Virus record (IMG/VR): IMGVR_UViG_3300049846_000628
Location: 147,202-211,201 of that record
DNA length: 64,000 nt
Strand: one strand, 5' to 3'
The translations under genes and the position numbers were made by a program. The notes beneath the pieces are model-generated. The model had not been told where the DNA came from, ran no database searches, and saw only the letters and a list, made by a program, of their open reading frames with translations. The stretch's first letter is position 1; every line of letters begins with the position of its first letter. Shown piece by piece: positions 57,701 through 64,000 of this stretch.

Positions 57701-60091
57701 ATAAGTAGCAGTGTTTAATACTCCATTAGCACCACCAGCAACATAAAGATTGTTTCCAAAAGTAAGAGCAGTAAGATTTTGTATAGTGTTTGAAGTTCTT
57801 GCAGTCCAAATAATTGTGTCTGTTGAAATACTTATTACTCCAGAATTACCCCCTACAACATAGAGATTATTTGCAAATGTAAGAGCATTAATTTGAGTAG
57901 TACCAAACCCAGAAGTTCTTATGGTCCAAACAATTGCATCTGTTGATGCAGTTATTCTCCCACCACCATGACCAGCAACATAAGTATTATTTGCATAAGT
58001 AATTACAAAAACAGTAGCATTGTTATTATTAGAAGTTCTTAAAGTCCAGATGATTGCGTCTGTTGAAGTGTTTAATACTCCAGCAGCACCACCAGCAACA
58101 TAAAGACCACCACCATAACCAAAAGAATTAACAGCATTGCTACCAAATCCAGAGGTTCTTAAAGTCCAAGTAATTGCATCTGTTGAGGTACTTAATGTTC
58201 CAATATTAGCACCAGCAACATAAGTATTGTTTACAAAAGTAAGAGCATTAAGAGTTTGTGTTATACCAGAAGTTCTTAAAATCCAAGTGATTGCATCTGT
58301 TGAAGTGTTTAGTACTCCAAAACTACCACCAGCAAGATAAGTATTGTTTCCGTAAGAACTTGCAAGTAGAATAGCCGAACCATTAAATGCAAAAGTTCTT
58401 AAAGTCCAAGTGATTGCGTCTGTTGAGGTTGCTATCGTATTATTACTACTAGTAATAAGATAAGAATTTGTTTGGTCTGAGGCATAACTAATAGTATTAA
58501 TACCACCAAGACCTAAACCAGAAGTTCTTGCAGTCCACTGAACCGTAGGAGTTCCTAAATTACCCCCAGCAACATAAACATTACCATAAACAACACTGTT
58601 AATCGTTGCATTACCAAACCCTGTAGTTCTCAATAACCAATTGATTCCATCTGTAGTTACTGAAATTCTACCACCATTACCAAGTATATCACTACCTCCC
58701 GCAACAATATAATCGTTACTGGTTCCTATACTATTAATTGTTTGACTTAGAGTAGTTGTGCGAAGTATCCAATATATGGTGTCTGTAGAAGTGGAGAAAT
58801 ATGCACCGAATCCTTCATCATTCGTTAATGTAGAATAATTTGAGGTGTGTAATACTCCAGAAGCACCACCAGCAAGATAAATATCATTTCCAAAGGTAAG
58901 TGCATTCACTTGAGCATTAGAAAGAGAAGTTCTTAAGGTCCAAGTGATTGTGTCTGTTGAGGTAGTTAATATTCCACTCCCACCACCAGCAACATAAAGA
59001 TTGTTTGCGTAGGTGAGAGCATTAAAAATAGTAGTACCACTAGTAGTTCTCAGTACCCAAGTGATTGCATCTGTTGAGGTGCTTACTCTTCCAGCAGCAC
59101 CACCACAATACAAATATAAACTATTTGCAAAAATAAGAGTATTAATTTGACTCGCAGAACCAGAAGTTCTTAAAGTCCAGATGATTGCGTCTGTTGAAGT
59201 GTTTAATACTCCAGCAGCACCACCAGCAACATAAAGACCACCACCATAACCAAAAGAATTAACAGCATTGCTACCAAATCCAGAGGTTCTTAAAGTCCAG
59301 ATGATTGCGTCTGTTGAGGTTATTAATTTTCCAGTTTGACCACCAGCAACATAAGTGTTGTTTGCAAAAGTAAGTGCATTAATTTGACCAGTACCAAACC
59401 CAGTAGTTCTTGTACTCCAAGTGATTGCATCTGTTGATGTAGTTAAAAATTCATTTACACCGCCAGCAAAAAGACCTGCAATTATGTAAAGATTATTTGC
59501 ATAAGAAATTACCCAATTAACATTAGTATTACCTGAAGTCCTTGCTATCCAAACGATTGCATCCGTTGAAGTTCTTAAGTTTCCACCATTACCAACAACA
59601 AAATAAGTATTATTTTCATAAGTAAGACCATTAAGGGGAGAAGTAGTACCAGAAGTCCTTAAAGTCCAATAAAAAATTCCTGCTCCAGTTCCACCTAAAA
59701 GGAATGAATTATTTCTAAATCCAAGCGCATTCAGTTGTGTAGTTGTTCCCGCAGTTCTTAGTGACCACAAAGAACCAGGAACATATGCAGACAACATTGC
59801 ATTTCCACTTTCTCCACCACCACCAGCACCCGTTGCTTCAATCGTAAATTTCTTTGCTTGTGTTGGAAAGTTAAAAGTATAAGACCCTGCTGCAGTATAT
59901 TCTTGACTTGCCTGTATTGGTTCCCACGATACTGTGCTTCCATCCGTAAAGAGAAACTCATTCTCATTACCGTAAATGGTTGGAAGTGCTGCTCCTAATC
60001 TATTATCAACATACTCTTTGTAAGCAGCATCAGTACCACTTGTTGCTGTGGAAACTCCAGTGATTGAACTTAGACCTACAACAACAGGCAT
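54791..60091 (-). CDS. fibre/adhesin with multiple beta-propellers, paralogue
   Basis: DAAYKEYVD, QEYTAAG...IEATGAGGGG, many STDAITWTLRT repeats, GGDGYVRISWY. Confidence 0.8.
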   Translation of the reverse strand: MPVVVGLSSITGVSTATSGTDAAYKEYVDNRLGAALPTIYGNENEFLFTDGSTVSWEPIQASQEYTAAGSYTFNFPTQAKKFTIEATGAGGGGESGNAMLSAYVPGSLWSLRTAGTTTQLNALGFRNNSFLLGGTGAGIFYWTLRTSGTTSPLNGLTYENNTYFVVGNGGNLRTSTDAIVWIARTSGNTNVNWVISYANNLYIIAGLFAGGVNEFLTTSTDAITWSTRTTGFGTGQINALTFANNTYVAGGQTGKLITSTDAIIWTLRTSGFGSNAVNSFGYGGGLYVAGGAAGVLNTSTDAIIWTLRTSGSASQINTLIFANSLYLYCGGAAGRVSTSTDAITWVLRTTSGTTIFNALTYANNLYVAGGGSGILTTSTDTITWTLRTSLSNAQVNALTFGNDIYLAGGASGVLHTSNYSTLTNDEGFGAYFSTSTDTIYWILRTTTLSQTINSIGTSNDYIVAGGSDILGNGGRISVTTDGINWLLRTTGFGNATINSVVYGNVYVAGGNLGTPTVQWTARTSGLGLGGINTISYASDQTNSYLITSSNNTIATSTDAITWTLRTFAFNGSAILLASSYGNNTYLAGGSFGVLNTSTDAITWILRTSGITQTLNALTFVNNTYVAGANIGTLSTSTDAITWTLRTSGFGSNAVNSFGYGGGLYVAGGAAGVLNTSTDAIIWTLRTSNNNNATVFVITYANNTYVAGHGGGRITASTDAIVWTIRTSGFGTTQINALTFANNLYVVGGNSGVISISTDTIIWTARTSNTIQNLTALTFGNNLYVAGGANGVLNTATYSSLTDLVQNGVLQTSTDTITWSFRTTTDTSNSINGLVYTATPSSNYVAVRNSGAINTSTDAIIWTASGAIVSNTTQNLNAVVYGNNLYVAAGGSGAIVTSTDSNTWTLRTSGTTSILRGLSFSGSTYVANGDSGRILSSTDAITWIARTSGTTANLIGDVGVGNTFITAGASGALSASPVRLGSGGPGGGGGASVTWELDRTQITGSSFNVSVGAGGTGGGQNISNSWTLRTSGTTSIYLSAIYASNLYVVGGLSGRLITSTDTITWTLRTAGSGAIASVRTLLYTSFYILGGSFPSPLNTSTDAITWILRTSGFGTTQINVLTFANNTYVVGGDNGKINTSTDAITWTLRTAGIGLDTIYSITFGNNTYVAGCLNGIIITSTNAIEWTLRTSSLVTNQVKSVFYANNLYLAGSVPSGGGTASLVTSTDAIVWTLRTSGFGTNGIYSNFIYQNGNYFVAGSGGVLNTSTNAIVWTLRTSGFGTNFIYALTFGNNTYLAGGESGTLTALDLSAQAGSNTTVSWTGPAGTYTVTANGGSGATAYGAGAGGTVPNRNFNYLRASAGAAGASSLYPGTTPTAAATSTLSYQTTGGGSGSHSIVYNVNAGVLGGGAGTINYYANTAANTSIEVNGSLGPNVTGLSYGGGGSGGGAASDNALLWTTRTSNTGGNNLYALTFGNNTYVAGGVSGTLNTSTDAITWTLRTSSATTQLNVLIYTTFYVAGGSSGVLNTSTDAITWTLRTSGLPLGINALTFGNNTYVAGGVSGTLNTSTDAITWTLRTSSATTQLNVLIYTTFYVAGGSSGVLNTSTDAITWTLRTSGFATNNINAFTFGNNIYVSAGASGVLTTSTDAITWTLRTSSESSGINALIYQNNLYLYGGTFRLHASTDAIVWTARTVGSNPTPYAFTYGNNTYVAAGLTGALYTSPTITAGAGGAGSKGGGGGGGGYEETTNTAGTGGTGGDGYVRISWY
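55245..55681. repeat. tandem duplication, 231-nt period, 206 nt identical
   Basis: 55245-55450 equals 55476-55681 by direct comparison. Confidence 0.85.
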
Positions 60092-60092
60092 A

Positions 60093-63000
60093 TCAACCCT
60101 CCTCCAGTCTTCTCTTCAGTTCTTGTATCTCTTTGTTTTGTTCTTTGATTGCTTCAATCAAGAGACCTACAATGTTTCCATAAGCAACTGATTTAGTTTC
60201 ATTATTTGGTGCTGGTTGTTTTGGATATACAACCTCAGGAATAATCTCTTCAACTTCTTGTGCAATCACACCAATTTGTTTATCTCCATTATCTATACGA
60301 GTAAATTCAACTCCTCTGAGAGATAGAACTTTTTCAAGAGCATTTTCAATTGTTTGAACATCTGTCTTCAGTTTTTTATCGGAGTTTGCTGTGACTGTAC
60401 CACCAGCAACTAAGTTTCCTGTTGATGGGTTGAATGTGAGTTTTGTAGATGATACATTAATAGATGTAACTGTCCCACTTGTAGCATCATCAAATAAAAC
60501 ATAACGTGTTGCGTTTGTTGAAGTATCATCAGTAACCGTTAGACCAGCACTAATACCAGTTAAGCTTGAACCATCTCCAAAATAAGTAACACCAATACCA
60601 CCTACTGTTGCACCTGTTCCAACTGGTGTGATGCGGAAGTTTCCAATCGTTGAAATACCAGAAATTGAAAGTCCAGTACCAACAATGTTATCTGAGATTG
60701 TGATTGTTGCAATACCTGTAGCAGCAGTAGCAGTAGCAATTACATTAGAACCAACGAAGTTTAACTGAGATATACTATTAGCAGCACCAATGATTGTACC
60801 TTCATCTCTAACTGTTAAACCAGTAATAGCATTGGATGGTGCCGCATTAACCCAAGAAGGAGCACTAGTTCCTCCATTAGACTGTAATATTTGTCCAGAA
60901 GAACCGTTTGCTAAGAATGCCGTTGTGTCAGCAGCAGATTGGTAAACAATTGTTCCACCAGATCCACCTTTGAGGTTTGTTGATATACCAGCACTAGTAG
61001 CGAAAGTTGCTATGCCTGCTACATTAGAATATCCTGAGAACGTAGAGAATCCTGATGTATTTGAGTATCCTGAGAACGTAGAGAACCCAGAAACACCAGA
61101 GTAGGTTGATACTCCAGCCGTTACTGCATAAGTAGAAACACCTGATGTATTTGAGTATCCAGAGAAGGTAGAGAATCCTGATGTATTAGCGTATCCAGAG
61201 AAAGTAGAAACACCTGATGTATTAGCGTATCCTGAGAACGTAGAGAATCCTGATGTATTTGAGTATCCTGAGAAAGTAGAGAACCCAGAAACACCAGAGT
61301 AGGTTGATACTCCAGCCGTTACTGCATAAGTAGCAATACCAGATACGTTAGCGTATCCAGAGAAGGTAGAGAACCCAGAAACACCAGAGTAGGTTGATAC
61401 TCCAGCCGTTACTGCATAAGTAGAAACACCTGATGTATTAGCGTACCCAGAGAAGGTAGAGAATCCAGATACGTTAGCGTATCCAGAGAAAGTAGAAACA
61501 CCTGATGTATTAGCATAAGTAGCAATACCAGATACGTTAGCGTATCCTGAGAAAGTAGAAACACCTGATGTATTAGCATAAGTAGCAATACCAGATACAT
61601 TAGCGTACCCAGAGAAGGTAGAGAATCCAGATACGTTAGCGTATCCAGAGAACGTAGAGAATCCAGATACATTAGAATAAGTTGCTACACCTGCTACATT
61701 AGAATACCCAGAGAACGTAGAGAATCCAGATACATTAGCGTACCCAGAGAAGGTAGAGAATCCAGATACGTTAGCGTATCCAGAGAAAGTAGAAACACCT
61801 GATGTATTAGCGTATCCAGAGAACGTAGAGAATCCAGATACATTAGAATAAGTTGCTACACCTGCTACATTAGAATACCCAGAGAACGTAGAGAATCCAG
61901 ATACATTAGCGTACCCAGAGAAGGTAGAGAATCCAGATACGTTAGCGTATCCAGAGAAAGTAGAAACACCTGATGTATTAGCATAAGTAGCAATACCAGA
62001 TACGTTAGCGTATCCTGAGAAAGTAGAAACACCTGATGTATTAGCATAAGTAGCAATACCAGATACGTTAGCGTATCCTGAGAAAGTAGAAACACCTGAT
62101 GTATTTGAGTATCCAGAGAACGTAGAGAATCCAGATACATTAGCGTACCCAGAGAAGGTAGAGAATCCAGATACATTAGAATAAGTTGCTACACCAGATG
62201 CATTAGAATAAGTTGCTACACCTGCTACATTAGAATACCCAGAGAACGTAGAGAATCCTGATGTGTTAGAGTACCCAGAGAACGTAGAGAATCCAGATAC
62301 ATTAGAATAAGTTGCTACACCAGATGCATTAGAATAAGTTGCTACACCTGCTACATTAGAATACCCAGAGAACGTAGAGAATCCAGATACGTTAGCGTAT
62401 CCTGAGAAGGTAGAGAATCCTGATGTGTTAGAGTACCCAGAGAACGTAGAGAATCCTGATGTGTTAGAGTACCCAGAGAACGTAGAGAATCCTGCTACAT
62501 TAGCATAAGTTGCGCTTGTAGCATTACCGCTAAATGATGCAGCAGTAATAATACCAGAGGCATTAATATTCCTTACAACTGCTAAGTCTCTTTCTGTAAA
62601 TTGAACTGAACCAGCAGCAAGTCTGGTTCCTGATGGGAATTGTGTTGAACCAATACCAATCGCGTAGTTACTTAACCAAGCGTCAGTATTCAGTCCAGCA
62701 AAAGCACCTGCCTGGAACCACATAAATTTCTTATATGTGGCGGGTAAGGACTCACCAATTGCTACATTAACAAGTTGAACTAATGGATTTCCTTCAGTAG
62801 ATGCAATTGCAATACCACCGTGATTTGCTGTAGTATCTGTAGAAGCATCTTGATTTGAACTGTTAGTAGTAAATCCAAGGATTATATCAGCATCACTAAC
62901 TCTAAAATCCTGTACGATAACATAAGCAGATGTACCACCAACAGTAATATTACCAGTTACATTTAAATTATTGTTAACTTGTAAATCATTTCCAATTGTT

Positions 63001-64000
63001 ACATTTCCACCAATGGTTGGGTTTGGTGAAAAAGAGATAACAGGCGTTGAACCTTCGCCAGTTCCTCCAGTAACAGTTATTTGACCTACAGTTCCAGAAA
63101 TTGACTGAACATAATCTCCAGTAGTGTCACTACCTAAAGCAACACTATTAGGTTGAATAGTTGCCGCTAATGATACATTACCAGTTCCATTGAAACTGAT
63201 TGGAGACGCAATAATATCACCAGTGATTTCGAATGTTCTTGAGTTTTGAAGTGCGGTCGCTACACCTGCCGTGGAAGCATAAGTAGCAATACCACTTGAG
63301 GTTGCATAAGTTGCTACACCTGCCGTGGAAGCATAAGTAGCAATACCACTTGAGGTTGCATAAGTTGCTATACCAGCATAAGTAGCATAAGTTGCTATAC
63401 CAGCATTAGTAGCATAAGTTGCTATACCAGCATAAGTAGCATAAGTTGCTATACCACTTGAGGTTGCATAAGTTGCTATACCACTTGAGGTTGCATAAGT
63501 TGCTATACCAGCATTAGTAGCATAAGTTGCTATACCAGCATAAGTAGCATAAGTTGCTATACCAGCATTAGTAGCATAAGTTGCTACACCTGCCGTGGAA
63601 GCATAAGTAGCAATACCACTTGAGGTTGCATAAGTTGCTATACCAGCATTAGTAGCATAAGTTGCTATACCAGCATAAGTAGCATAAGACACAATACCAG
63701 CATTAGTAGCATAAGTTGCTACACCTGCCGTGGAAGCATAAGTAGCAATACCAGCATAAGTAGCATAAGTTGCTATACCAGCATAAGTAGCATAAGTTGC
63801 TACACCTGCCGTGGAAGCATAAGTAGCAATACCAGCATTAGTAGCATAAGTTGCTATACCAGCATAAGTAGCATAAGTTGCTATACCAGCATAAGTAGCA
63901 TAAGTTGCTACACCTGCCGTGGAAGCATAAGTAGCAATACCAGCATTAGTAGCATAAGTTGCTATACCAGCATAAGTAGCATAAGTTGCTATACCAGCAT
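60093..64000 (-). CDS. long tail fibre with tandem peptide repeats and C-terminal S74 chaperone (partial, start beyond window)
   Basis: Frame stays open from 63692 to 64000 (AGIATYATY...); SDKKLKTDVQTIENAL...IGVIAQEVEEIIPEVV...YGNIVGLLIEAIKEQ. Confidence 0.88.
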   Translation of the reverse strand, partial: AGIATYATYAGIATYATNAGIATYASTAGVATYATYAGIATYATYAGIATYATNAGIATYASTAGVATYATYAGIATYATYAGIATYASTAGVATYATNAGIVSYATYAGIATYATNAGIATYATSSGIATYASTAGVATYATNAGIATYATYAGIATYATNAGIATYATSSGIATYATSSGIATYATYAGIATYATNAGIATYATYAGIATYATSSGIATYASTAGVATYATSSGIATYASTAGVATALQNSRTFEITGDIIASPISFNGTGNVSLAATIQPNSVALGSDTTGDYVQSISGTVGQITVTGGTGEGSTPVISFSPNPTIGGNVTIGNDLQVNNNLNVTGNITVGGTSAYVIVQDFRVSDADIILGFTTNSSNQDASTDTTANHGGIAIASTEGNPLVQLVNVAIGESLPATYKKFMWFQAGAFAGLNTDAWLSNYAIGIGSTQFPSGTRLAAGSVQFTERDLAVVRNINASGIITAASFSGNATSATYANVAGFSTFSGYSNTSGFSTFSGYSNTSGFSTFSGYANVSGFSTFSGYSNVAGVATYSNASGVATYSNVSGFSTFSGYSNTSGFSTFSGYSNVAGVATYSNASGVATYSNVSGFSTFSGYANVSGFSTFSGYSNTSGVSTFSGYANVSGIATYANTSGVSTFSGYANVSGIATYANTSGVSTFSGYANVSGFSTFSGYANVSGFSTFSGYSNVAGVATYSNVSGFSTFSGYANTSGVSTFSGYANVSGFSTFSGYANVSGFSTFSGYSNVAGVATYSNVSGFSTFSGYANVSGFSTFSGYANVSGIATYANTSGVSTFSGYANVSGIATYANTSGVSTFSGYANVSGFSTFSGYANTSGVSTYAVTAGVSTYSGVSGFSTFSGYANVSGIATYAVTAGVSTYSGVSGFSTFSGYSNTSGFSTFSGYANTSGVSTFSGYANTSGFSTFSGYSNTSGVSTYAVTAGVSTYSGVSGFSTFSGYSNTSGFSTFSGYSNVAGIATFATSAGISTNLKGGSGGTIVYQSAADTTAFLANGSSGQILQSNGGTSAPSWVNAAPSNAITGLTVRDEGTIIGAANSISQLNFVGSNVIATATAATGIATITISDNIVGTGLSISGISTIGNFRITPVGTGATVGGIGVTYFGDGSSLTGISAGLTVTDDTSTNATRYVLFDDATSGTVTSINVSSTKLTFNPSTGNLVAGGTVTANSDKKLKTDVQTIENALEKVLSLRGVEFTRIDNGDKQIGVIAQEVEEIIPEVVYPKQPAPNNETKSVAYGNIVGLLIEAIKEQNKEIQELKRRLEEG
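60990..62520 (-). repeat. tandem 27/36-nt repeats encoding SGFSTFSGYANV / SGIATYANT / AGVATYSNV units
   Basis: Directly visible. Confidence 0.92.
63250..64000 (-). repeat. tandem 18/27-nt repeats encoding ATYAGI / ATYATNAGI / ATYASTAGV / ATYATSSGI
   Basis: Directly visible; continues past window end. Confidence 0.95.

Larger units (their letters stand above)
49560..59770 (-). repeat. dispersed in-frame ~37-40-codon blade repeats with conserved core ACTTCAACAGACGCAATCACTTGGACTTTAAGAACT
   Basis: Core recurs dozens of times across the three genes. Confidence 0.9.

Noticed and set aside
49560-59770. CRISPR-like repeat/spacer periodicity
   Set aside because: Repeats are in frame inside long ORFs, vary at synonymous positions, and the spacers are homologous to each other; no cas operon or leader.
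63690-63692. GTG start for the long tail fibre as given in the ORF track
   Set aside because: The frame stays open with the same repeats to position 64000, so the real start is outside the window.
60990-64000. Ice-nucleation/antifreeze protein
   Set aside because: Only a loose resemblance (SGYSNT versus AGYGST); no 16-residue InaZ period, and the S74 chaperone marks it as a tail fibre.
49429-64000. Diversity-generating retroelement or invertase switch at the fibre genes
   Set aside because: No reverse transcriptase or recombinase in the window, and the repeat copies I compared were identical rather than adenine-mutated.
1-64000. Alternative genetic code or rRNA genes
   Set aside because: Core genes translate full length with the standard code, all three stop codons are used as stops, and no rRNA-like sequence was seen.

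Overview
A 64-kb segment of a T4-like cyanomyovirus genome (Kyanoviridae-type gene order; a cyanobacterial host is inferred from gene content only). Almost everything is on the minus strand. Left to right: (1) 1-9.7 kb, a partial RfbB-like sugar dehydratase, many small early hypothetical ORFs under a repeated hairpin-containing promoter motif, and an SF2 helicase. (2) 9.7-18.9 kb, two tail-fibre/virion proteins, a GIY-YIG endonuclease, three tRNAs (Leu-UAA, CAU, and an atypical long-arm UAU tRNA) and an orphan Phd/YefM-like gene. (3) 18.9-32.4 kb, the baseplate hub/tail module (gp5, lysozyme-M23 protein, gp51, gp26, tail-tube-like, gp4, gp2, gp48, gp53). (4) 32.4-41 kb, the replication/transcription core (Mom-like, gp32, gp59, gp33, exonuclease, phoH, thyX, glutaredoxin), interrupted by mobile inserts, plus a free-standing ~100-nt structured RNA. 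(5) 41.4-49.4 kb, an eight-gene glycan cluster (Glf, GT17 fusion, GT2-like enzymes, methyltransferases). (6) 49.4-64 kb, three paralogous Ser/Thr-rich beta-propeller fibre proteins and a repeat-rich S74-chaperone tail fibre that runs off the window. The most notable observations are an insert in gp59 that supplies a recoded replacement C-terminus and strands the old one, a hairpin plus late-promoter cassette on four mobile ORFs, the atypical UAU tRNA beside an antitoxin-like gene, the candidate sRNA, and the glycosylation cluster, in which three enzymes share an N-terminal LNY[T/S]N tag. All family assignments come from motifs read by eye; no database search was run.
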